Of a stretch of DNA of 58,193 nucleotides, positions 9,884 through 18,725 are shown piece after piece. Location: IMG/VR virus record IMGVR_UViG_3300045988_132327, positions 1 to 58,193 of that record. One strand, 5' to 3'. Position 1 is the first letter of the stretch. Each line of letters begins with the position of its first letter. The position numbers and the translations under genes are program-made. The notes below the pieces were generated by a model, which saw nothing but the letters and a program-made list of their open reading frames with translations, was not told where the DNA came from and searched no databases. The DNA is from a virus (Duplodnaviria > Heunggongvirae > Uroviricota > Caudoviricetes).

Positions 9884-9912
9884 AAAGAAGCCCGCTCAAC
9901 CAGGCGGGCTTC
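9881..9912 (-). terminator. hairpin terminator between convergent doc and 9967..10767
   Basis: gaagcccgc-loop-gcgggcttc; U-run on minus-strand side. Confidence 0.5.
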
Positions 9913-9966
9913 CTACTATCACTCAATGATTTTTTCTGCTGTCAGCCAGCTAATTCGGTGATGTTT

Positions 9967-10767
9967 TTAGGCGTCAGCATCCTCCGCTACCTCTGCTTCA
10001 ACATCAGCCACGGCTTCATCGGACGGTTCTTCTTTGGCCTGCTCTGCAATCGCCGCACGGCATTTGGCCCTTGCTGTGGCGATTGCTTCAGCACGCACAT
10101 CATCAGGAATCGTTGACGTGATATACATATCCAGTTCTTCGGCGCGGAACACTGTTTGGTCCAGATATTCGCGTAGCATCCAGGTAAATTCGAAATCACA
10201 CGCGATAATCTCTGCGCTACCTTCTGCACCATTTGGGAAATGAATAAAAGCCTGTTTAGCCAAACCGATAACACGACATGCGGTTGCCAAAACAGCGGCA
10301 ACCAGGTTTACATTTTCACACGCTACGGGCTGATTAACGCCGGAGATTACTCCATTTAACTGTCGGTTATATGGAAGGTAGTTTGAGATGCGTTCTACGC
10401 GCCATGTGCCAGTCAGGCTGCCATTCTTAAAGATAATTGGTGTAACGGATAGCCCAAGCTCGCGTATAAGTCGTTGCGCTATAGCAGGATCATTAAACAT
10501 GTCTAATGCTACACATTCGAAAGACTGTGCAAGGGTAAACAGTTCTTCCAGAGAGTAGTCTTTGCCCCTGGCGGTGATGTAACGATGAACGCCGCTTTCT
10601 GCATCACTCCATATAGCTACGCCATGCTCTTCATTCAGCTCTTCATTAAAGCCGAGATACGTCATGATAGTACGTTCAATCGTGTCAAACGGCAGTGACA
10701 TGTCGGCGTTAACAGCCACCAGCAGGCCATTACGCAAGCGGTATTGAATTGCTTTAGTATTTTCCAC
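9967..10767 (-). CDS. hypothetical protein with acidic C-terminal tail
   Basis: 266-aa ORF, last gene of cre-proximal cluster. Confidence 0.45.
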   Translation of the reverse strand: MENTKAIQYRLRNGLLVAVNADMSLPFDTIERTIMTYLGFNEELNEEHGVAIWSDAESGVHRYITARGKDYSLEELFTLAQSFECVALDMFNDPAIAQRLIRELGLSVTPIIFKNGSLTGTWRVERISNYLPYNRQLNGVISGVNQPVACENVNLVAAVLATACRVIGLAKQAFIHFPNGAEGSAEIIACDFEFTWMLREYLDQTVFRAEELDMYITSTIPDDVRAEAIATARAKCRAAIAEQAKEEPSDEAVADVEAEVAEDADA

Positions 10768-10773
10768 GTTAAA

Positions 10774-11436
10774 TCACTCCACTACAAACCAGTCACATGC
10801 CAGTAAGTCGCCTACAGAAGGCAACCACGGAACAACTACACCTTGTGCATTTTTTAAGGCGAAATAAGCACCATACGGAACGAGATCGCCGGGGAAATAT
10901 CCCTTAATGGCTTCCATTCGTGCCGGGTACTGTCCTTCAGGAACCAGCCAGCAGAATTGGTTTTCGCCGTTCCACCCGCGCCGGGCAACTTTCTTGCCAT
11001 CCTTCAGCCACATCAGCGCGTCAGAAAAGTCGGCTGCTTCAAGGTCGATTTCTTCTTGTAGAGTAGCGATACCGCCAGCAGAAATAGTTACGTCCCTGGC
11101 TGTAATGAATGTCACCCCATTGTGACCTTCAATGCTGAGCGATACCCCATTTTCGGAGGCGTCGTTAACCCGGCTATAGCATTTTTCAAATGCTTTCTCT
11201 GGCACATAGACCAGATAGCCATTTTCAGCAGTGACGAGATATCCTCCTATTTGCGGTCGGAATTTTTCCAAGAACACACCATCAACACGAAGCGTCATTC
11301 CTTTTGGCTCAACGACTTCGATACTGCCAAAAATGGGCGCATAAGCTTTGCCGACAATAACAATATCTTTGATTTTCGATGCCCGAATGATGCTGTGGCA
11401 TTTGTATTTGGGGAACACCTGAAAAGTGCTGACCAT
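10774..11436 (-). CDS. DUF2829-like (Tad2-like) domain fusion protein
   Basis: 220 aa; C-terminal ALMWLKDGKKVARRGWNG...W...DW resembles DUF2829 signature as recalled. Confidence 0.45.
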   Translation of the reverse strand: MVSTFQVFPKYKCHSIIRASKIKDIVIVGKAYAPIFGSIEVVEPKGMTLRVDGVFLEKFRPQIGGYLVTAENGYLVYVPEKAFEKCYSRVNDASENGVSLSIEGHNGVTFITARDVTISAGGIATLQEEIDLEAADFSDALMWLKDGKKVARRGWNGENQFCWLVPEGQYPARMEAIKGYFPGDLVPYGAYFALKNAQGVVVPWLPSVGDLLACDWFVVE

Positions 11437-11450
11437 AATCCTTCCTCTAC

Positions 11451-11945
11451 TTAAAACTTTGCGTACTGAAGCGGTGTACGCTTGATTTCAACGCGGTCTT
11501 CCGATGTGCTACCAAAGCCACCAGCGCCTCGCTCTGTTTCATCGAGTTCATCAACTTCTACCAGCGATACCGGTTCAACACGCTCAAAAATGCCTTGCAT
11601 GACCGCCATTCCTGGCTTGAGGCAAACGCCTTCACCACCGGGATCTGTAATCAGTTTTGCCATGATTTCACCGCGATAATCGGAGTCGATAATTCCTACG
11701 CAGTTAGCCAGGCGAGTATGTTTTTTGCAGCCCAATCCGGAACGCGGATAGAGTTTCAGACACCAGCCGGGCGGGATCTCCATAGCCAGTCCGGTGTACA
11801 CCCACCAGCTTGAGGAAATTGCACCATTGCTATCGACACATGGTTTTATTTCAACAGCCTCAAAATCCATCGCCGCCGATCCGGAGGTGGCATAAGCTGG
11901 AAGTTTTGCTGCCGGATGTAGGCGTTTCACTTTTACGTAAATCAT
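11451..11945 (-). CDS. dut: dUTPase
   Basis: 164 aa; PRSGLG and GIIDSDYRGEI trimeric dUTPase motifs. Confidence 0.75.
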   Translation of the reverse strand: MIYVKVKRLHPAAKLPAYATSGSAAMDFEAVEIKPCVDSNGAISSSWWVYTGLAMEIPPGWCLKLYPRSGLGCKKHTRLANCVGIIDSDYRGEIMAKLITDPGGEGVCLKPGMAVMQGIFERVEPVSLVEVDELDETERGAGGFGSTSEDRVEIKRTPLQYAKF

Positions 11946-12418
11946 TGTTTTTTAGCTCTCTGCGTGAAGGTGTAAACCCGACGTTTGATATGTGGAACGG
12001 TAGGAACAGGAATACAGGAACTTTCAATAACTCCTTGCTCCTCCAGCGATCGCACCGCCCGCAAGAACTGCGACGTGTCGCCGCCAAACTGGCGGGCATA
12101 GGTGCTGCCGTTATGAAGTATTTGAGCTATTACCCGAGCTTTTGTCTGGCTGTCACGATATGCGAATAGCCGCACGGCCTCTTCTGGCGCAATCGATAAC
12201 TGATAGCCTTTACCGGCACGGTGTCGAATGAATCCATGCGCCAGTAGGTTTTTGAGTTCGTTACGAGTGCGAACAGATCCGTAATCCAGGAAGTGTGGAT
12301 TGATAACGACTGGCTTAAACCATTCCGTAGGTGCTTTAGCTAATAGAGCTAACAGCTTCCCGGACAATCCTGGATAGGAAGACGGGTAACAATTCAGAGA
12401 TGGGTAATAAGTTTTCAC
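11942..12418 (-). CDS. hypothetical protein
   Basis: 158-aa ORF, start overlaps upstream gene by 4 nt. Confidence 0.4.
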   Translation of the reverse strand: MKTYYPSLNCYPSSYPGLSGKLLALLAKAPTEWFKPVVINPHFLDYGSVRTRNELKNLLAHGFIRHRAGKGYQLSIAPEEAVRLFAYRDSQTKARVIAQILHNGSTYARQFGGDTSQFLRAVRSLEEQGVIESSCIPVPTVPHIKRRVYTFTQRAKKQ

Positions 12419-12771
12419 CGACGCCCCCTTGCCGGATATCGACCTGCATTAGTATCCGGTGCAATAAAGCCGGTAGTGGGGCGAGTGAAAGCGAGATTAA
12501 TCTTCTCGACCATAGTGCGATAATTTTCCTGATAGTGGGCCAGGAGTTTTTCGGCGGCAATGATGGTTACTTTCCGGACGTAGCTTTCTGCTTCCTCCAG
12601 ATTTCGCCAGTTTTTTTCGAGGGTAAACACAGGGACGGCCTCAAGCCCGGTCATGATGCCGAATACAACGACAGCATGACTGTTCTTAACACCAGCGGCG
12701 AAGGTTACGGTGTAACCATCCACCGTGAAGCGTCTTGATTCCGTGATTTGACTCTGCAAAGCACCCTCCAA
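12415..12771 (-). CDS. hypothetical protein
   Basis: 118-aa ORF, first gene downstream of cre. Confidence 0.4.
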   Translation of the reverse strand: MEGALQSQITESRRFTVDGYTVTFAAGVKNSHAVVVFGIMTGLEAVPVFTLEKNWRNLEEAESYVRKVTIIAAEKLLAHYQENYRTMVEKINLAFTRPTTGFIAPDTNAGRYPARGRR

Positions 12772-12816
12772 AATAGGCGAGGGTACTTTACAGCAAAGAT
12801 ATCAATCTAAAAAGAT

Positions 12817-12831
12817 GTGTTAGAAATTTAA
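12817..12831 (+). promoter_or_regulatory. operator-like motif GTGTTAGAAATTTAA
   Basis: member of dispersed 15-bp motif family; between cre stop and 12415..12771. Confidence 0.45.
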
Positions 12832-12832
12832 T

Positions 12833-13861
12833 TTACGAATCCATCAAGCGGCTATTAGCCCCCACAGACACACCGCCACGGCGCAGATACCGCATAAGTG
12901 TTTCCGGTTTCTTCCAGGTTCCTTCCTGCATGATCTCCACCATAGACACCTGCTTTTCAGCCATATCGATAGCGGCCCCGACACGAGCACTATGCCCGGT
13001 CCACGTCCGGTATCTCCCTTTGTTTGGCGCGGCATCCCTTTTATTCAGCAACACCCAGGCGTCGCTGAATATTTTCTCCATTGCAGGTGCAGTAAGGGGA
13101 GTTGTCGTAATCCTGGCTTTATTGCTACGGTGTATCGGCGGGAACAGCACCGCGTCAGGATGTTCACGAAGCCCGGAAACATCCAGCCAGTCATTCAGCA
13201 CTGCGGTAGTGCGACGGGAAAGCACCTTATCAAGCCCGGCGGCGGTCGTTATTGTCTTCGTGTGTGAAATATGTAGCGTGACAGTGTCACCTGTTTGGTC
13301 CAGATCTCCTACACGAATACGCGAGATTTCCGACATACGCATCAGCGTATTGTATGCAACAAAGAGAAAAGCCCGGTTGCGCAGGTCCACCAGCCGTTCT
13401 GACTTGGACAACAGGACGTCGAGCAGTTTCAGATCGTCCCACCGCAGCGGTATAGCCTGGCCTGTTCGTTCGCCTTTTTCAGTTGCCGCTTCGCGCCGGA
13501 TGCGCCGCATAGCCAGAGAAACACTTTTATCATCCGAAAGTGGCGGAAGGCCACAATGCGAAAGCAGCATGTTCAGCATGGCGTAGTGCTTATCAATGGT
13601 GGTCGAAGCCAGATCGGCATCATGCAGCTGAAGAAAATACTCGCGGGCCATTTCTGGTGAGATCGGAAACCAGGCAAGCTGGCGAGCGTGACACCAGCGC
13701 GCCCAGGAATGAAACACCAACCGGAGGTCGCGCAGAGTATTCGGCGCATAAGCCCCCTGGTCATTCATGAACCGCATAAAGTTTTCTGCGGCTTCCTGGT
13801 ACTCTTTGCCAATGTTGCGCAGAAAACCACCGGAACTGCCAGAGATAATTAATTCACTCAT
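12833..13861 (-). CDS. cre: Cre-like tyrosine site-specific recombinase
   Basis: 342 aa; multiple blocks matching P1 Cre as recalled (VSLAMRRIRRE, RNRAFLFVAYNTLMRMSEISRIRVGDL, WTGHSARVGAA, catalytic Tyr in MRYL). Confidence 0.9.
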   Translation of the reverse strand: MSELIISGSSGGFLRNIGKEYQEAAENFMRFMNDQGAYAPNTLRDLRLVFHSWARWCHARQLAWFPISPEMAREYFLQLHDADLASTTIDKHYAMLNMLLSHCGLPPLSDDKSVSLAMRRIRREAATEKGERTGQAIPLRWDDLKLLDVLLSKSERLVDLRNRAFLFVAYNTLMRMSEISRIRVGDLDQTGDTVTLHISHTKTITTAAGLDKVLSRRTTAVLNDWLDVSGLREHPDAVLFPPIHRSNKARITTTPLTAPAMEKIFSDAWVLLNKRDAAPNKGRYRTWTGHSARVGAAIDMAEKQVSMVEIMQEGTWKKPETLMRYLRRGGVSVGANSRLMDS

Positions 13862-14012
13862 GAAACTATTTCACCTCTATATACAGATGACGCTACGCGA
13901 AAAATATAAAAATGACAGGGTAGCTATAAGTTAATTTTCAAAATACAAGCCTTTGATTCGAGGCACGTATTTTCAGTGATGTCAACACTGTTCATCTACA
14001 CATGATTATAGC

Positions 14013-14046
14013 CTAACTTTAAATAATGCCAATTATCTAAAGTTAG
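14013..14046. other. lox-like recombination site CTAACTTTAAATA-ATGCCAAT-TATCTAAAGTTAG (13-8-13)
   Basis: 13-bp inverted arms (12/13 complementary) around an asymmetric 8-bp spacer, same geometry as loxP; about 150 bp upstream of cre. Confidence 0.55.
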
Positions 14047-14053
14047 AAATTTA
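14039..14053 (+). promoter_or_regulatory. operator-like motif AAGTTAGAAATTTAG (weaker copy)
   Basis: overlaps right arm of lox-like site. Confidence 0.35.
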
Positions 14054-14217
14054 GGAATTTTTTTCCTTTCCGCGCAGATGGGCAATGCATTGCTGGTGTG
14101 GGCTTTAAGTTATGCCTGGCAGTTTTTAAGCAGAATTTTCTAAATTGGATGATAAAAAAATGCATCTTGATCCTTTACTCACCCTGTTATTCGGCATAGA
14201 TTTGTCATAGTAATTTT

Positions 14218-14232
14218 ATGTTAGAAAACTAA
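14218..14232 (+). promoter_or_regulatory. operator-like motif ATGTTAGAAAACTAA
   Basis: identical 15-mer also at 866..880 and 24853..24867 (reverse strand); 15 nt upstream of ORF 14247. Confidence 0.5.
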
Positions 14233-14246
14233 ATCGAGTAGGAATA

Positions 14247-15284
14247 ATGAGTAAGAAGTCGATCGAGAAAGAGTACAAACGGTTCCTGCAAACCGCTGAA
14301 CGGTGGAAAGAGCTGGTGGTCGCAAACTCTGTTTTCCATGATACCAGTTATTCCGGCGAGGAATTCCGCCATGTTGCACTAACACATGATCAGAATGTGC
14401 TAGAAGAAGCTGAAAAGTGCCTCACAGAATGGAAAGCCTTTGTTGACTTGTGCCGTAACGCTGACGGCAAAGCGTCTAACATTGTTGAGTCTGTATATTC
14501 TCCGATCCCATTCATTATCGAGGACACAAATCAAAGCACGCATATTGTTGTGCAAAGCGCGACCACCACCCGCTCATTTACGCGCGAAAATCTGCTCAAA
14601 AAATATGATGCAATTATAAAGAAAAGCCTGAAAAACAAGATATTTTCGCAGATTGTTGGTGCACTTGAAGAAGAGCGCCGTTTTTTCGCATCAGAACCTG
14701 AAGGGGAAGTTTACCGGGCGCGCAAAGATGGATACACAGATGTAGTGCTTACAACAAACATTGAAGGCAGCAATGCTCTGTCACGATTCAGGGTAGGCGC
14801 ACACGGAGCCTTAGTGTTCGCAAAACTTCCGAACACCACAGTGCCCGTTGTTAATAATGTCGGCGAACGTCGCAGCATTACTATTTATTCTGGGGTTGAG
14901 TCGATACCTTGCGGCCTGCTTGGTGACTTTAGTCTCTATCGCGTTCGCGATCTGGAGAAACACCAACCAAGCTATGTTGCGAAGTCATACATCTTGCGAA
15001 ACATCGACATCCGCAATGAGAGCTTAAAGAACAAATCAGCCAAAATGCTTGAGGAAGCCGATCCGGCTATTCGCCATATCATTGAGCGTAAAATACAGAC
15101 AGCACGCGAAGCGATGGCGAGACTGAATAAAATGGATCTGGAGTTGTTAGACGTAATGATGACATCCGGAGATGACCTGACAGGCATAAAACTGACAGAC
15201 GCGCGGAAAAGATACGGTAAAACCATAGAAGAACGTTACGGGTTCACTTTCTCCCAAACACAGCACGCCGCTAAACTCTGGTAA
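14247..15284 (+). CDS. hypothetical protein; positional candidate for C1-like immunity repressor
   Basis: 345 aa; convergent with pacB and divergent from cre across an operator-rich spacer; no recognisable domain. Confidence 0.45.
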   Translation: MSKKSIEKEYKRFLQTAERWKELVVANSVFHDTSYSGEEFRHVALTHDQNVLEEAEKCLTEWKAFVDLCRNADGKASNIVESVYSPIPFIIEDTNQSTHIVVQSATTTRSFTRENLLKKYDAIIKKSLKNKIFSQIVGALEEERRFFASEPEGEVYRARKDGYTDVVLTTNIEGSNALSRFRVGAHGALVFAKLPNTTVPVVNNVGERRSITIYSGVESIPCGLLGDFSLYRVRDLEKHQPSYVAKSYILRNIDIRNESLKNKSAKMLEEADPAIRHIIERKIQTAREAMARLNKMDLELLDVMMTSGDDLTGIKLTDARKRYGKTIEERYGFTFSQTQHAAKLW

Positions 15285-15288
15285 TCAC

Positions 15289-15313
15289 AAGCCCCGCATT
15301 GCCGGGGCTTTAT
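15289..15313 (+). terminator. hairpin terminator
   Basis: gccccg-cattgc-cggggc then TTTAT, just after 14247..15284. Confidence 0.4.
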
Positions 15314-15355
15314 CCGGTGCGCCGTAAAACCCCGTCCTTCAGGGCGTGGAGGATG

Positions 15356-16864
15356 TCAAATATCCAGATCTGGCATTTCTACATCTGCAAGAACCTGATC
15401 GCGGAAGGTAGCCATTTCAGCGCCGATATCTTCATTAGCAGGAACATAGTCCACCAGCATTGTAAAGCAGTAGGTATCCCATCGGTCAGGTGATTTGATG
15501 TTCAGCTTTTGCCGCATGTGCTCCTTGCGCATCATCGCCATCTTCCCTTCTTCATTAAGTAAAAAGGGGATTTTTGACGCTTGCTCTGCCGTTTTAGGGT
15601 CGCTGTCTATTCGCATACGACCTGACTTTATGGCATCGCGAGCCATAATATTTGCGTAGGCACGCTGGTTAACAAAACGCTCCTTGTCTTTGTTCGAAAA
15701 CATGGGTTTCCCCCACCGAATCCGTACCGGATTAGCCCCACGGCGCACCAGCTGCGCACAGGTATCTGAACCAAAACCGTCTGCGTCAACCGCGATTGTA
15801 ATATTCGGGTATTTATCCGGCGTGCATTCGTTGTATATAAAGTCAGCAAAAGCCAGCGGGTCCATAGTCCCTGGCATTTCCATTACCTTAAAGTTAACAA
15901 CACGCCGCTTTTCCCGGTGACCAGACACTTTACAGATATTAAGAACTGACTTGTCTCGCCCGTTACCAACGTCAGCAGTAGCCACCCATCCCCAGTTTTT
16001 CTCCAACAACACCTTGCGCCGCGCAGCGCGATCGCATTCATCACGACCAAGCAAATAGCCGTTAATCTCCCGAGGAAACTGACCAAGAACCTTGACCATG
16101 TACTCAATAGAATCGCGCCCGCCATATTCCAGGAGTTTCTGCCTGATGAATTGTGGTGTGACGAACGGTGATTCTTCTGAGTTAAGAACAATTGCTGTCC
16201 AGATCCCTTTCGGGTTGTCTGGGGTTTTAGCTTGAGAATGGTGCGAATCGTAGAAATAACCACTTGGCCTTGTTGGCTGGGATAGCATCAACATTCGGTT
16301 ATCTTCTTCAGTCAGAGCGCCAGTCATTACGCCGATCGCTTTATCAGATATACCTGATGCTTCATCCAGAATTAGAAGCAAATGTGCCGCGTGCTCCCCC
16401 GCCAGTGCTTCTTCGTTACCGAGTCGATAACCTTTGCAGAGAACTTCCCAGATCCCTTTGCGGGAACGTTCATAAAACATGGTGTCAGACAGGACAAAAT
16501 AGGTCTGTAACCACCCGTGACGCTTAACTGCATTCGCCCAATACTGTTTAACGTATTTGAATACGCCTGTTTTAACCTGGCCTATCTTGTTAGCAACAAT
16601 GATGACACGGGCATCGGGGAACAGAATCAAATAAATCAGCAACAACATAGCCGTTAACGACGATTTCCCTGTACCGTGACCAGAAGTAACAGTGGTTCTG
16701 CTCCCTTTTTGCTGTACGGACTGGATAATCTCCTGCTGCTGGTGGGAGGGAAACATCCCGAAAATATCAACAACAGCCTGGGTAAAGTTGTAGCGGTATT
16801 TGATTACCATATCGCGCCAGCGTGGATCGCTGGTGACGCATTTAATCTTGCGCCCACCAGCCAT
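15356..16864 (-). CDS. pacB: terminase large subunit, PacB-like
   Basis: 502 aa; Walker A GHGTGKSS; start overlaps pacA stop. Confidence 0.8.
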   Translation of the reverse strand: MAGGRKIKCVTSDPRWRDMVIKYRYNFTQAVVDIFGMFPSHQQQEIIQSVQQKGSRTTVTSGHGTGKSSLTAMLLLIYLILFPDARVIIVANKIGQVKTGVFKYVKQYWANAVKRHGWLQTYFVLSDTMFYERSRKGIWEVLCKGYRLGNEEALAGEHAAHLLLILDEASGISDKAIGVMTGALTEEDNRMLMLSQPTRPSGYFYDSHHSQAKTPDNPKGIWTAIVLNSEESPFVTPQFIRQKLLEYGGRDSIEYMVKVLGQFPREINGYLLGRDECDRAARRKVLLEKNWGWVATADVGNGRDKSVLNICKVSGHREKRRVVNFKVMEMPGTMDPLAFADFIYNECTPDKYPNITIAVDADGFGSDTCAQLVRRGANPVRIRWGKPMFSNKDKERFVNQRAYANIMARDAIKSGRMRIDSDPKTAEQASKIPFLLNEEGKMAMMRKEHMRQKLNIKSPDRWDTYCFTMLVDYVPANEDIGAEMATFRDQVLADVEMPDLDI

Positions 16865-18228
16865 TAGTCGTCCTCCGGCGGTTCTATCGCGATATCATCA
16901 TCTCCGGCGTCATATCCTGCGTCTGATGCATCATAATCACCGTAAATTTCAGCCGTAGCCGAAGGGTCAATATCCAACTCTTCGTCGTTGGCCTCGAATT
17001 CCCCAGCCTTACGCTCGCCATTGTGGTCGTAATCTCCGCACCCCAGATCTTCAACAATGGTTGCCACATCCGCCCGGCGCTCTGCCAGCCATTGCGGATG
17101 GTTAGCCTGAAGCGATGCAAACTCCTTCGCTTCTTTGTCCAGCTGTTCATCATCAACATCATTGATGTCAGAAACTGGAGGCTCGAGAAGAGTGATAGCT
17201 TTCGCCGCGCGCGCCGCGAGGATAGCCGGGACACTGACACCCTGACGCTCGATGTATTCAGCAACACCGATATCATCCAGCTCCTCGCGCTCACGCATAC
17301 GTATAGCGGCGGCGATAACTCTGGCTGCGCGTGCGTCAGCGCCAATGCGATATTCAATCTCTTTGCCACGCTGTTCGGCCTGTAGGCGTGCTAATTCGAG
17401 TTTTTCTCTGGCCTCGGCCTCTCTGAATGCTTGCTGGCGAGCACCCTGACGAAGTTTTTCATCACCCTGTCGCAGCTTTTGTTCGGACTGATATATCGCT
17501 GCCAACCTACTGATAAAATCGTTCATGTAGTAGGCCGCGTCACTGATTAGACCGAGCAGTCGCTGCCCAGGGTGCATTCCTTCTGGCTGCTGATCACCCA
17601 GGGCGTCTATCTCCGCCTGTAGGCGTTCGGCCTCCTGATCAACAATGCTTTGGTACTGAAGTGCGCGTTCTTGCGCCATTTGAATTGCTAACCGCAGGTG
17701 CTCTTCTGCGCCGTTCTTCATCATGTCGCGAGCCACACTCGTAGTGGGCAACGTGGCACGCTGCACAGCACCGCCAGGGATCATTGCTGAAGATCCCTCG
17801 GTTTTTGAAGCGCATTTATCTTCGGCGGGGATCATTTTCGCCATTTTTTCGCGCAATGATCTCCTGACAGATTCTTTTATCTCATTGTTATTATTGGTGT
17901 TATTGTCATGATCCGAAGTTTTCTTTCTTGGCATACTTCGGAAAGAACCTGCACCCTGCGAATTGTCAATTTCTGTAAATTTTGTTTTTTCTGCACCCTC
18001 TTCCAGCTTTTTTGTTGCTCTTCCCGCCCGTTTTTTTTCAGGTGATTTGGTGCTTTTTTTTGTTGTCTTTACCTGCGACCGCACCTCATTTTTTTTCATA
18101 TTGAGATGCTTTCTGGCTGTATTGAAGCTAAGGCCATGCTCCTCACAGTATTCCTTTACAGTGATCCCTTTTTCTTCACGCAACGCTATAAAGCGGGCGC
18201 GGTGCTCCTCCCAATTAACCAGACTCAT
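16864..18228 (-). CDS. pacA: terminase small subunit, PacA-like
   Basis: 454 aa; N-terminal HTH-like region; directly upstream of and overlapping pacB. Confidence 0.7.
   Translation of the reverse strand: MSLVNWEEHRARFIALREEKGITVKEYCEEHGLSFNTARKHLNMKKNEVRSQVKTTKKSTKSPEKKRAGRATKKLEEGAEKTKFTEIDNSQGAGSFRSMPRKKTSDHDNNTNNNNEIKESVRRSLREKMAKMIPAEDKCASKTEGSSAMIPGGAVQRATLPTTSVARDMMKNGAEEHLRLAIQMAQERALQYQSIVDQEAERLQAEIDALGDQQPEGMHPGQRLLGLISDAAYYMNDFISRLAAIYQSEQKLRQGDEKLRQGARQQAFREAEAREKLELARLQAEQRGKEIEYRIGADARAARVIAAAIRMREREELDDIGVAEYIERQGVSVPAILAARAAKAITLLEPPVSDINDVDDEQLDKEAKEFASLQANHPQWLAERRADVATIVEDLGCGDYDHNGERKAGEFEANDEELDIDPSATAEIYGDYDASDAGYDAGDDDIAIEPPEDD
17779..17913. other. candidate pac site (GATC cluster within pacA)
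   Basis: five GATC in 135 bp, four in TGATC context; P1 pac lies within pacA and is made of TGATCA/G hexamers (recalled). Confidence 0.4.
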
Positions 18229-18617
18229 AAAGCAACACCACGCTTTTTAACGGCGGCATTCCACAGCTTATTCGCCATGTCCACCAGCTCTCGTTGCTCT
18301 TTTCGCGCCTGTTCGACTGATTTCCTGCTACAGTTTTTAACCAGTAAGCTACCGTATTCAGGCGTGCGCCCGCGCACCTTGAACTGATATCCGTTCAGGC
18401 CATGCAACCAGTATTTCCGTGGGTAAACACGATCATCAAGCTCACAAATAGCTCGGCTTGACCGCACAAAATGCCGAATGATGTTGGTTACACTTACGCG
18501 TGAAACATGAAGGTGAGGATATTTTTCTTTAGCTAGAGTGGTGATTTCGGTGACTGTCAGATAGCAGTCAGCCCTAATCATGATATCCGCAATTTCTGCG
18601 CTGCTGATATGCTCCAT
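18225..18617 (-). CDS. lpa: putative late-promoter activator, Lpa-like
   Basis: 130 aa, immediately upstream of pacA as in P1; assignment positional. Confidence 0.4.
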   Translation of the reverse strand: MEHISSAEIADIMIRADCYLTVTEITTLAKEKYPHLHVSRVSVTNIIRHFVRSSRAICELDDRVYPRKYWLHGLNGYQFKVRGRTPEYGSLLVKNCSRKSVEQARKEQRELVDMANKLWNAAVKKRGVAL

Positions 18618-18694
18618 TAATCCCCCAGGCAGGAAATGACCGAGGGGATGATAATGAGAATGTTATTTCTGTATAGACTGGCAAAAAGTTGGTT

Positions 18695-18709
18695 ATATTA
18701 GAAAATTAA
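18695..18709 (+). promoter_or_regulatory. operator-like motif ATATTAGAAAATTAA (weaker copy)
   Basis: intergenic, upstream region of lpa-like gene. Confidence 0.3.
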
Positions 18710-18725
18710 TTCCATTCATCTAACA

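Noticed and set aside
12930-13586. 218-aa plus-strand ORF overlapping cre
   Set aside because: Antisense to a recombinase with strong Cre similarity; low-complexity Ser/Arg-rich translation.
12833-13861. Cre-like recombinase as a chromosomal integrase with a tRNA attachment site
   Set aside because: The tRNA genes are 6-8 kb away across the packaging genes, and a lox-like site lies directly upstream; the gene is more consistent with a plasmid-prophage dimer-resolution or cyclisation recombinase.
15299-15493. 64-aa ORF starting at the duplicated ppp-like initiation cassette
   Set aside because: Lies entirely antisense to the pacB 3-prime end; more parsimonious as a recombination scar than a gene.
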